The notes beneath the pieces are model-generated. The model made no database searches, was not told the DNA's origin, and saw nothing but the letters and a program-made list of their open reading frames with translations. The position numbers and the translations under genes were made by a program. This document shows positions 39,860-47,507 of a stretch of 64,000 nucleotides of DNA, piece after piece; the stretch's first letter is position 1; every line of letters begins with the position of its first letter. This DNA is from Clostridia bacterium (GTDB taxonomy: Bacteria > Bacillota > Clostridia > Oscillospirales > CAG-272), in NCBI GenBank assembly GCA_017961575.1, contig JAGCXA010000023.1, positions 19,056 to 83,055 of the forward strand, written 5' to 3'.

Positions 39860-41035
39860 TTGAAACGGTTTCTCTTTTTTCTTTTGGCGGTCGTTTTGGT
39901 CTTTTCCTGTCTTGCGACGGGCGGCGTCGCCTCGGAGGATAACTCGGACGATCCGGCGCTCACGGAGACGGCGGGCGAAATGGAGATCGACGCGCGGGGC
40001 GCGATCCTGATCGAGGCGTCGACCGGGACGGTACTGTTCGAGCAGAACGCCGACGAGGCGTTTCCGCCCGCGTCGGTGACAAAGGTGATGACGCTTCTGC
40101 TCGTAATGGAGGCGCTCGATTCGGGAAGATTCACGATGAGCGATCCTGTTCCTGTCAGCGAGCACGCCGCGTCGATGGGCGGGTCGCAGGTGTTTTTATC
40201 ACCCGGAGAGTCGCTCACAGTTGAGGAAATGATCAAATGCGCCGTCATCAGTTCGGCAAACGACGCGGCGGTCGCGCTCGCGGAGTTCGTATCCGGGAGC
40301 GAAGAGGCGTTCGTTTCCGAGATGAACCGCCGCGCCTCGGAACTCGGAATGAAGAACGCGCGCTTTGAGAACGTGACCGGACTTGACGATTCGACCGTCG
40401 ATCACAGATGCAGCGCGCGTGACGTCGCGATCATGTCGCGGGAACTGATCTCTCATAAGGAGATCCTGAAATACAGCTCGACCTGGATGGACAGCATCCG
40501 GGGCGGGGAATTCACGCTCTCGAACACCAATCGGCTGATCCGGTTCTATCCCGGAGCCACAGGGCTGAAAACCGGGTCGACGGCGAAGGCGAAGTTTTGC
40601 CTTACGGCGACGGCGGAGCGGAACGGAATGACCCTCGTCGCCGTCGTGATGGGGTCGCCGAGCCGCGACGTGCGCAACGAGGAAACCAAGCGGTTGCTGG
40701 ATTACGGCTTCGCAAACTACGCGCTGTATTCTTGCGAGAAAACCGAATTGTCCCCGATAAAAACGCTCGCAGGGAAAAGCGACGTTTGTCGGGTCGGTCA
40801 CGACGGATTTTCCGCCGTTGTGAAGCGCGGGGAAGCGGCGAAAATCAACGTCGAATTCGATTTGCCGGAATCTTTACGTGCGCCCGTCTCGGAGGGCGAG
40901 ACCGTCGGCCGCGCGGTTTTCCGTTCAGGCGAAACGATCGTCGGAGAGGTCCCCGTCAAGGCGATCGAGGGGGTCGGACGGGTCACTTTCCCACATCTTT
41001 TTGTAAGAATGCTTCGCGCGCTCGTGCTGGGGTGA
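39860..41035 (+). CDS. D-alanyl-D-alanine carboxypeptidase (peptidase S11, low-MW PBP)
   Basis: 391 aa. TTG start 7 nt after GGAGG. Signal peptide. SVTK, SSAND and KTGST active-site motifs. Confidence 0.9.
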   Translation: MKRFLFFLLAVVLVFSCLATGGVASEDNSDDPALTETAGEMEIDARGAILIEASTGTVLFEQNADEAFPPASVTKVMTLLLVMEALDSGRFTMSDPVPVSEHAASMGGSQVFLSPGESLTVEEMIKCAVISSANDAAVALAEFVSGSEEAFVSEMNRRASELGMKNARFENVTGLDDSTVDHRCSARDVAIMSRELISHKEILKYSSTWMDSIRGGEFTLSNTNRLIRFYPGATGLKTGSTAKAKFCLTATAERNGMTLVAVVMGSPSRDVRNEETKRLLDYGFANYALYSCEKTELSPIKTLAGKSDVCRVGHDGFSAVVKRGEAAKINVEFDLPESLRAPVSEGETVGRAVFRSGETIVGEVPVKAIEGVGRVTFPHLFVRMLRALVLG

Positions 41036-41085
41036 AACGATCCGAAAAAATACGGAAAAATAAGCGTGAAACAAGCCGGAATCTC

Positions 41086-41114
41086 TTGCATTTTGAAATA
41101 CGGTGATGTATAAT
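41086..41114 (+). promoter_or_regulatory. Sigma-70-type promoter for pgi
   Basis: TTGCAT - 17 nt - TATAAT. Confidence 0.6.
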
Positions 41115-41143
41115 GAACGTGTAAAAAAGATTTGGAGGAAAAA

Positions 41144-42478
41144 ATGTCTGTCAGAGTCAATACCGATTTCCTCGCCGGCTTTATCCGCGACGATGAAATC
41201 ACCAATCTTCGCCCGTATCTTACCGCCGCGCACAAACTTCTGCTCTCGGGAAAGGGAGCGGGAAACGACTATCTCGGATGGGTCTCGCTTCCCGACGATT
41301 ACGACCGCGAGGAATTTGCCCGGATCAAGGCGGCAGCCGAGCGGATCAAACGCACTTGCGACGTCTTTCTTGTTCTCGGGATCGGGGGATCGTACCTCGG
41401 CGCGCGCGCCGCGATCGAGTTCGTGAAGTCGCCGCTGTATAACGCGCTCGCCAAGGATACGCCGGAGATCTATTTCGCCGGAAACAATCTGAGCCCCACG
41501 GCGCTCACCGAACTTCTTTCGATCTGCAAAGATAAGGATCTTTGCGTCAACGTCATCAGCAAATCGGGAACGACGACCGAGACCGCCGTCGCTTTCCGTA
41601 TCTTCAAAGAACTTCTCGTGAAGAAATACGGCGAGGACGGCGCGAAGAGCCGGATCTTCGCCACGACCGACAAATGCCGCGGAACCTTGAAAGCGTTTGC
41701 CGATAAATCGGGTTACGAAACCTTCGTCGTTCCGGACGACGTCGGGGGACGGTTCTCGGTTCTGACCGCCGTCGGACTTCTGCCGATCGCCGTCGCAGGC
41801 ATCGATATCGACGCGCTGATGAAGGGGGCGTCGGACGCAAGACGCGCGCTCTCGACGTCTAACCTCAAAAAGAACGACGCGCTGAAATACGCCGCGATCC
41901 GCAATATCCTGTACCGTCGGGGCAAAACCGTCGAAGTGCTCGTCGGTTACGAGCCCTATATGCTGATGCTGAACGAGTGGTGGAAACAACTCTTCGGCGA
42001 GAGCGAGGGCAAGGACGGAAAGGGAATCCTGCCCGACTCCGTGATCTTCTCGACCGATCTCCATTCGCTCGGTCAGTATATCCAGGACGGACAGCGGATG
42101 CTGTTCGAGACGGTCGTTTCGGTAGAGAATCCCGGCGCCGCCTTCGAGATCCCGTTCGACCCCGAAAACGTCGACGGTCTGAACTATCTTGCCGGAAAAC
42201 AACTCGACGAGGTGAACAAGACCGCGATGACGGCGACCCTGCTCGCGCACACCGACGGGGGCGTTCCGAACACCGTGATCGAGGTGAAGGACAGATCCGC
42301 CGCATCGCTCGGTTATCTCTTCTATTTCTTCGAGTTTGCCTGCGCGATCTCCGGGTATCTTCTCGGCGTCAATCCCTTCAATCAGCCGGGCGTCGAATCC
42401 TACAAACGGAATATGTTCCGCCTGCTCGGAAAGCCCGGATACGACAAAATGGAGATCAAAACGAAAAAGAGATCGTGA
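41144..42478 (+). CDS. pgi: Glucose-6-phosphate isomerase
   Basis: [11 protein letters not shown] and SKSGTTTE motifs. ATG 41144 sits 5 nt after GGAGG and is preferred over the track's TTG 41132. Confidence 0.95.
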   Translation: MSVRVNTDFLAGFIRDDEITNLRPYLTAAHKLLLSGKGAGNDYLGWVSLPDDYDREEFARIKAAAERIKRTCDVFLVLGIGGSYLGARAAIEFVKSPLYNALAKDTPEIYFAGNNLSPTALTELLSICKDKDLCVNVISKSGTTTETAVAFRIFKELLVKKYGEDGAKSRIFATTDKCRGTLKAFADKSGYETFVVPDDVGGRFSVLTAVGLLPIAVAGIDIDALMKGASDARRALSTSNLKKNDALKYAAIRNILYRRGKTVEVLVGYEPYMLMLNEWWKQLFGESEGKDGKGILPDSVIFSTDLHSLGQYIQDGQRMLFETVVSVENPGAAFEIPFDPENVDGLNYLAGKQLDEVNKTAMTATLLAHTDGGVPNTVIEVKDRSAASLGYLFYFFEFACAISGYLLGVNPFNQPGVESYKRNMFRLLGKPGYDKMEIKTKKRS

Positions 42479-42505
42479 AGGAACTGTGAATAATTTGCTT
42501 TCCAC

Positions 42506-42534
42506 TTGTTTTTTTCTTTTTGATCGTGTATAAT
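42506..42534 (+). promoter_or_regulatory. Sigma-70-type promoter for the P-loop gene
   Basis: TTGTTT - 17 nt - TATAAT, 38 nt before the ATG. Confidence 0.5.
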
Positions 42535-42572
42535 GGAAGTGGAACTCAATAACATTCAGGAGGAAACACAAA

Positions 42573-42980
42573 ATGGTTAAGTTGATCATCGGCGCCAGAG
42601 GATCGGGGAAGACCAAACATCTGATCGAACTCGTCAACGACGCGGCTTCCGCGTCGAAGGGCTCCGTTGTCTGTGTCGAATACGGAAACACGCTGAATTT
42701 TGACGTGACGCATAAAGCGCGCCTCGTCGATACGACGGCTTTCGCGATCTCGAACGCCGACTCGCTCTACGGCTTTATCGCCGGGCTCGCCGCGAGTGAT
42801 CACGACATCACCGACATTTTCGTCGACGCGGCGATGAAGATCTGCAACTACGATCTCGCCGGCGTCGAGTATCTGGTCGGAAAGGTCGCCAAGCTTGCCG
42901 AGAGTTATGAATTCAATCTGATTATGACGATCTCGGCAAACCCCGACGACTGCTCGGAAGCGCTTCGCAAATACATCTGA
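42573..42980 (+). CDS. Small stand-alone P-loop NTPase, uncharacterised
   Basis: 135 aa. Walker A GARGSGKT at residues 7-14; candidate Walker B DIFVDA. AGGAGG RBS and its own promoter. Confidence 0.6.
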   Translation: MVKLIIGARGSGKTKHLIELVNDAASASKGSVVCVEYGNTLNFDVTHKARLVDTTAFAISNADSLYGFIAGLAASDHDITDIFVDAAMKICNYDLAGVEYLVGKVAKLAESYEFNLIMTISANPDDCSEALRKYI

Positions 42981-43011
42981 TTTCACCCTTTTCAAATTGC
43001 GCACATATCTT

Positions 43012-43047
43012 GATATCGGAGCTCGCTCGGGCTCCGATATCATTTTT
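43012..43047 (+). terminator. Terminator/attenuator-like hairpin between the P-loop and Cys-rich genes
   Basis: GATATCGGAGC / GCTCCGATATC perfect 11-bp stem, 8-nt loop, then A + T5. Confidence 0.6.
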
Positions 43048-43059
43048 CAGGAGTGCGAT

Positions 43060-43908
43060 ATGGCTGAAAACAGAGGTATTAGCGGGCAGGCAGGCGGGCA
43101 GGGACGCGAGACGGTCTGCATTGATACGTATCGCGTCCTCGATTCCTCCCGGGATCGGGACTGTTACGAGGACGTCCGGGTCTATCTGACCCAGTTCGGA
43201 CAGGAGATCATCGACCGTACCTGCAACGTCCGGGTACGCGGATGCGAGGTCGCGTGGTGTACCGTCAGCGTCGATCCGATCCAATTCAACTGCGGGTTCT
43301 ATCAACTGACGGTGCGCTACTACGTCACGCTGAACCTTGAAACCTGTATGGGCGGCAGACCCCAGGAATTCAACGGTCTGACCGTTCTGGAAAAGAGATC
43401 GGTCCTCTACGGCGGGGAGGGCGACGTCAAGGTTTATTCGAGCGAGGACGATTCCTCCTGCAACTTTGACCCGCGCGACGCCGGGAACAAATCTCCGATC
43501 GGCGTCGTCGAGACCGTCGATCCCATCGCTCTTTCGGTGAAGGTCTGCGACCGGGGCGCGATGAACGGGTGCTGTTTCTGCACCTGCGATCAGATCCCGC
43601 GGGAACTGACCGCGAACGCGATCGGCGATCTCGTCGATCCCGACGAGGGGAACCGTCTTTTCGTCTCGCTCGGTATCTTCTCGGTGCTTCGTCTGCAACG
43701 TCCGGCGCAGCTGCTCGTCAACGCGAGCGATTACAGCGTGCCGGATAAGGAGTCGGTTCCCGTCGAGGAGAGCGACCCCTGCAAACTGTTCCGCACGATG
43801 TCCTTCCCGACGAATGAGTTTTCGGGGACGAACTGTCCGGGACAGAATCAGGGGAACGGTACCCGCCCGTCGCCGTCCGATCGCGGCGGATGCGCCTGCC
43901 GGGGATGA
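43060..43908 (+). CDS. Cysteine-rich hypothetical protein (17 Cys in 282 aa)
   Basis: ATG 43060 is 6 nt after AGGAG. Contains a CCFCTC cluster and a C-terminal GGCACRG. I recognise no domain. The track's TTG 42997 start would run through a terminator-like hairpin. Confidence 0.6.
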   Translation: MAENRGISGQAGGQGRETVCIDTYRVLDSSRDRDCYEDVRVYLTQFGQEIIDRTCNVRVRGCEVAWCTVSVDPIQFNCGFYQLTVRYYVTLNLETCMGGRPQEFNGLTVLEKRSVLYGGEGDVKVYSSEDDSSCNFDPRDAGNKSPIGVVETVDPIALSVKVCDRGAMNGCCFCTCDQIPRELTANAIGDLVDPDEGNRLFVSLGIFSVLRLQRPAQLLVNASDYSVPDKESVPVEESDPCKLFRTMSFPTNEFSGTNCPGQNQGNGTRPSPSDRGGCACRG

Positions 43909-43918
43909 TGCAAGAAGG

Positions 43919-43948
43919 GGAGCGGAGTTCGTCCGCTCCTCTTTTTTT
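43919..43948 (+). terminator. Intrinsic terminator after the Cys-rich gene
   Basis: GGAGCGGA / TCCGCTCC stem, loop GTTCG, then TC + T7. Confidence 0.8.
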
Positions 43949-43974
43949 CGGCGTTTCAACTGTGCGCGTCTCTC

Positions 43975-44003
43975 TTGACTTTTGCCGACCGATCGTATAA
44001 AAT
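43975..44003 (+). promoter_or_regulatory. Sigma-70-type promoter for the lipase-like gene
   Basis: TTGACT - 17 nt - TAAAAT. Confidence 0.55.
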
Positions 44004-44030
44004 GAGTATATCAAATCAAGGGAGGATCGA

Positions 44031-45746
44031 GTGTTGAACGCAAGATTTTGCAGGGCGTTTGTCTGCCTTCTTGTCCTGTTTTCGTTTCTGATCCTTCCGG
44101 GGTGCAAAACGAAGGACGGTACGGTCGCGTCAAGCGCGAACACGACCACCGCCGTTCAGGCGGAGGAAACGCCGTTCGTACCGCCCGTCGCCTATCACGG
44201 AAAAGAGATTATCGACGGAAGTTTTTCTGCCGAGAGCGTGACCTATCCTTTCAAATACTCGGACGGGTTTTTCGACGTCGAACCGAAGTACTATCAGACG
44301 CATATGGCGACGGCGTCGCAGGCGCTTTCCTACGCCGCGTCAAAACCCGACGACCGGGGAGACTATTCGGTATGCGCCAACGAGGTCACGTCAATCCTCG
44401 AACAGATCGGGTTCTCCTCGGTTTACGTCAGTCCGTCCTTTTTGACGAAACCGACGTCCGAATCGGTCGGATGCGTGATCGCCGGGAAGACTGTTTCGAC
44501 CGGGCGGGGAGCGCGCCGCGTTCTCTCGATGACGATGAAGAGCGGCAGTTTTGAAAAAGAGTGGGCGCTCGATTTCATCATCGGAGACGACGGGGAATCT
44601 CGCGGCGCCGCTTCGTCCGCCGAGCGGGTTATCGACGAGTATCTGTCCGCGTATCTGTCGCTTCATCCCGACCTGATCCCGTCGCTTGACGCGGGAGAGG
44701 TCGATTTCTGGCTGCAGGGGTTTTCGCGCGGCGGCGCCGTCGCGAACCTCGTGGCAAAACGCCTGATCGACCGGTATCAGGCGGCGGGGAACTGCGTCTA
44801 CGCCTATTGCATCGAGGCGCCGAAAGCCGGGATCAAATCCGCCGAGGATCCGACGCGCGACTATTCCTCGATCCACAACGTCGTGAACCCGAACGATCCC
44901 GTCCCGTATCTCGCGCCTTCTGCAATGGGCTTCAAGCGTTACGGGCTCGATCACTATCTGTTCAGCGGGTACGCGAATTCGGACGAACCGATCCGGGACG
45001 AGTCCGGGCGGGCGGTAAGCGACAACGAACGGTTTGAATCCATAACCGAAAAGCGACTGGCTCTGACGAGAAAACGCCTGCTCGCTCTGCTCGGAAGCGA
45101 GTGGAAAGCCGACCTGTTTATGCCGCGAGGTCTGACGTTTTGGGAACTCGATCTTTCGACCGAGAGCGTCAGATATTCGGAAAGAGCAGGGACGACCCCG
45201 TCCTTTCTCGAAGCCGTTTTCGACGGATTCTGCGTTTTGAAGAACGGGCAGCCCGTGACCGACCGCGCGACCTACGTGCAATCCGGAATGGAGACGGCTC
45301 TCGCCCGAATGGTCGCGTTCTTGATGACCGATCTCGAACCCGCCGATCTTCCGTCGACCGACGCTCTGCAACCGATCGTCGAAGGCGCGTTTGATTCCTG
45401 TCGGGACGCGCTCTCGGAATGCGCGGTCTTAAACGATCGGCTCAAACTCACGCTCAATCTGCACGGGCAGGTCGCCCGGGATCTTACGGACGCCCTGATC
45501 CTTCGGCTGAGGGACGAGGACTTCGTTTCCGAACTGTTCGAGGATTATCCGGAAGGAGGGGTCGAAAAGGCCCTCGACGATCTTTCGGTCATCCTCTATC
45601 GCGTTCTATTTGCAAGCGAGGACGTCGACGATCTTCTGACCCTCGTCCTCAACTTCGCGGATCTGTCGGTCAATCATCAGTACGTTCTGACGCTTGCCGT
45701 GCTCGAATCCTACGATTCCTGGTTCGAGCCGACGGGGTCCGATTAA
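44031..45746 (+). CDS. Secreted lipoprotein with lipase/esterase-like alpha/beta-hydrolase core
   Basis: 571 aa. Signal peptide with lipobox LPGC. Nucleophile-elbow-like GFSRGG (GxSxG). GGGAGGA RBS. Confidence 0.6.
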   Translation: MLNARFCRAFVCLLVLFSFLILPGCKTKDGTVASSANTTTAVQAEETPFVPPVAYHGKEIIDGSFSAESVTYPFKYSDGFFDVEPKYYQTHMATASQALSYAASKPDDRGDYSVCANEVTSILEQIGFSSVYVSPSFLTKPTSESVGCVIAGKTVSTGRGARRVLSMTMKSGSFEKEWALDFIIGDDGESRGAASSAERVIDEYLSAYLSLHPDLIPSLDAGEVDFWLQGFSRGGAVANLVAKRLIDRYQAAGNCVYAYCIEAPKAGIKSAEDPTRDYSSIHNVVNPNDPVPYLAPSAMGFKRYGLDHYLFSGYANSDEPIRDESGRAVSDNERFESITEKRLALTRKRLLALLGSEWKADLFMPRGLTFWELDLSTESVRYSERAGTTPSFLEAVFDGFCVLKNGQPVTDRATYVQSGMETALARMVAFLMTDLEPADLPSTDALQPIVEGAFDSCRDALSECAVLNDRLKLTLNLHGQVARDLTDALILRLRDEDFVSELFEDYPEGGVEKALDDLSVILYRVLFASEDVDDLLTLVLNFADLSVNHQYVLTLAVLESYDSWFEPTGSD

Positions 45747-45780
45747 AAAAGGAAGAGCGGTGAATGCCGCTCTTCTTTAT
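45745..45780. terminator. Bidirectional terminator between the convergent lipase-like and propeller genes
   Basis: A6, then GAAGAGCGG / CCGCTCTTC stem with a 6-nt loop, then TTTATTT. Confidence 0.7.
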
Positions 45781-46904
45781 TTGTATTCGATTTGCAGGAT
45801 CATACCGTTCTTTTCGTTTTCGGCGTGCGTATCGGAGAGCCCGACAAAGAACGTTTTTTGATTGACGGCGAGGCTGAGCGGCGGTATGTCGTAGAAGAAA
45901 TAGAAGAGTTCGGAGAACGCCTCGTCCTTCTTCTTCGAGTTCGCCCACACCGAAACGCGGACCGTTCCGTCCTCCTGCGGCTCGCCGCACAGGGCGTAGA
46001 GTTTCCCGTTCGATTGGGTGAGGTCGTAGACCGTCGCGGTCTTGGGAAGCCCGATCTCTCTGATCTCGTTCGCGTCGTCGGTCACGTAGAGGTTTCCGGT
46101 CGCGAAGAAGAGTTTTCCGTTGTACTCGTATTTGGCGGAGAGCGGAACGTACGTAATGGATTTCATCCTGATCTTGCCCGACCAGGTGTTGTCGTACGCA
46201 AACGTCCCGTCGGAGTAGCGGTAGATTTCCACCGAGCCGAATTTCGCGCCTCTGAAAAGAATGAAGGCGTAGAGATTCCCACGCAGGGTGAAGAGATTGT
46301 AAGTGCGGACGTCGGACCATTGCGTCGTGTCGAGTTTTTCGCCGTTCTTATACAGATCGACGTGGGAGAAGGTCTCGCCGCCGTCGCTCGATGCGACGAC
46401 CGGGGAATACTCCTCCGGCGCGCCGATCCCGGCGAAGATCTTGCCGTCGTGCTCTGCAAGGTCGAAGGTATGTACGCCGTCAGGCAGCACGCGATTCTTA
46501 ATCCACTCGCCGTCTTGCAAAACGTAGTAATTGCCGAGTTCCCACCCTTCCTGCGGGTCAATCCCGGGGGTCGTCAGTTTGCCGTCGATCACGCAGAAGC
46601 GGTCGATCTCTTCCTCGGGCAGCGGCGTCCCGGTCTCCCATTCCTTGGTCGTCAGGTTTCGCCGGATGACGGCGACGGGTCCCGCGTTCGCGTCGAAGTC
46701 CCCGGACCCGACGTAGAGGAAGCCGTCCCACACCGTCATATCCCACGGAGACCGGGCGCGGACGCCCGGATCGTACTGATCGGCTGAGGGGATCCCGAGT
46801 TCGGTATATTTGATCGGTTTGATCTTCTGCGTCGGGAGGTAAAAGACGAAGACGAGCACGATCCCGACAAGAAGAAGGCAAAGGATGAAGCGAAATATCT
46901 TCAT
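45777..46904 (-). CDS. Membrane-anchored hypothetical protein with beta-propeller-like repeats
   Basis: 375 aa. N-terminal TM. Recurrent blade-like DGFLYVG / DGKIFAG / RGNLYAF / NGKLFFATG / NGKLYAL motifs. Confidence 0.6.
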   Translation of the reverse strand: MKIFRFILCLLLVGIVLVFVFYLPTQKIKPIKYTELGIPSADQYDPGVRARSPWDMTVWDGFLYVGSGDFDANAGPVAVIRRNLTTKEWETGTPLPEEEIDRFCVIDGKLTTPGIDPQEGWELGNYYVLQDGEWIKNRVLPDGVHTFDLAEHDGKIFAGIGAPEEYSPVVASSDGGETFSHVDLYKNGEKLDTTQWSDVRTYNLFTLRGNLYAFILFRGAKFGSVEIYRYSDGTFAYDNTWSGKIRMKSITYVPLSAKYEYNGKLFFATGNLYVTDDANEIREIGLPKTATVYDLTQSNGKLYALCGEPQEDGTVRVSVWANSKKKDEAFSELFYFFYDIPPLSLAVNQKTFFVGLSDTHAENEKNGMILQIEYK

Positions 46905-46936
46905 TACGTTCGGTTCCTTAAATATCTTTCCGAAGA

Positions 46937-46965
46937 ATTATATAACATTTTACTTGTTTTGTCAA
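46937..46965 (-). promoter_or_regulatory. Sigma-70-type promoter for the beta-propeller gene
   Basis: Minus strand TTGACA - 17 nt - TATAAT. Confidence 0.6.
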
Positions 46966-47034
46966 TGATTTGGGGCGTTCCGGTTTTTGGAGAGAATTTA
47001 AATCCGAATTCTTACTGTTTTGATGATACTGAAA

Positions 47035-47055
47035 GGCGGAGAGAGTGAGATTCGA
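47035..47055 (-). repeat. 21-nt exact direct copy of the tRNA-Ser 3' end (T-arm + acceptor strand)
   Basis: GGCGGAGAGAGTGAGATTCGA at 47035-47055 is identical to 47243-47263 inside the tRNA gene, in the same orientation. Confidence 0.9.
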
Positions 47056-47204
47056 CGCGCCCCTGCCCTTCGGGCAAGGCGCTACTCACCGTCTCTCGCC
47101 CGAAACAGCAAAAGGGTGGCTTTATCGGATGGCGAGAGACTTAGAGTTTCCGCCGCTCCGCGGCGGAAACTCGGTGAGTTCGAAGTCGAGCGAATCTCCG
47201 CCGC
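47035..47204. other. Non-coding, highly structured element of about 170 nt bounded by tRNA-Ser-derived repeats (att-like scar, MITE-like element or unannotated sRNA)
   Basis: Termini GGCGGAGA / TCCGCC-containing TCTCCGCC can pair. Internal perfect helices of 10 bp (47091-47100 / 47131-47140) and 13 bp (47144-47156 / 47160-47172), plus a nested hairpin at 47057-47082. No credible ORF. Confidence 0.5.
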
Positions 47205-47240
47205 AAAAAGGGCATCCGCCGAATGGCGGGTGCCCTTTTT
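47205..47240. terminator. Hairpin terminator flanked by A5 and T5, downstream of tRNA-Ser
   Basis: AAAAAGGGCATCCGCC / GGCGGGTGCCCTTTTT with loop GAAT. One position is a U-G pair on the plus strand but a C-A mismatch on the minus strand. Confidence 0.85.
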
Positions 47241-47241
47241 G

Positions 47242-47333
47242 TGGCGGAGAGAGTGAGATTCGAACTCACGGAACGGTATTAGCGTTCACACGATTTCCAG
47301 TCGTGCGCCTTAGACCAGCTCAGCCATCTCTCC
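47242..47333 (-). tRNA. tRNA-Ser (anticodon GGA), long variable arm, CCA encoded
   Basis: Reverse complement reads GGAGAGATGGCTGAGCTGG...ACGACTGGAAATCGT...GTGAGTTCGAATCTCACTCTCTCCGCCA. It has a 7-bp acceptor stem, anticodon loop CT-GGA-AA and T-loop TTCGAAT. Confidence 0.95.
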
Positions 47334-47345
47334 GTTTGCTCAAAA

Positions 47346-47374
47346 ATTATAGCATAGAAGCGTTGCTTTGTCAA
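47346..47374 (-). promoter_or_regulatory. Sigma-70-type promoter for tRNA-Ser
   Basis: Minus strand TTGACA - 17 nt - TATAAT, 12 nt upstream of the mature tRNA 5' end. Confidence 0.7.
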
Positions 47375-47425
47375 CCTTTATTGCGAAAGTTTCCTTGTAA
47401 AATCGCCCTTTTTTATGAAAACGGA

Positions 47426-47454
47426 TTGACAGAGACGGGAAGCGATGATATAAT
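47426..47454 (+). promoter_or_regulatory. Sigma-70-type promoter for lysC
   Basis: TTGACA - 17 nt - TATAAT. Confidence 0.65.
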
Positions 47455-47507
47455 ATTCAAAGTTATTGAATCAGCCGTACGTTTACGTGGAAAAAAGAGG
47501 GAAGACT

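Noticed and set aside
42573-47055. Treating the four uncharacterised genes as a genomic island integrated at tRNA-Ser
   Set aside because: There is no integrase, recombinase or mobility gene. I found no further copy of the 21-nt tRNA repeat at the left side (42480-42572, 43909-44030 or 45747-45776). The two repeat copies are only about 190 bp apart, so the repeats do not delimit these genes.
47035-47204. Reading the structured element as a T-box leader, a tmRNA or a second tRNA
   Set aside because: T-box: GGGTGGC would match a tRNA with discriminator G, and AGAGA/GTGA-like tracts exist. However, there is no specifier loop, the GGGTGG tract is about 95 nt from the terminator, and no downstream gene lies on that strand before the opposing tRNA.

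tmRNA: GAGATTCGACG resembles the tmRNA 5' motif. However, the element is half the required length, lacks a G3-U70 acceptor pair and has no tag ORF.

tRNA: no D, anticodon or T arms of legal geometry can be drawn on either strand.
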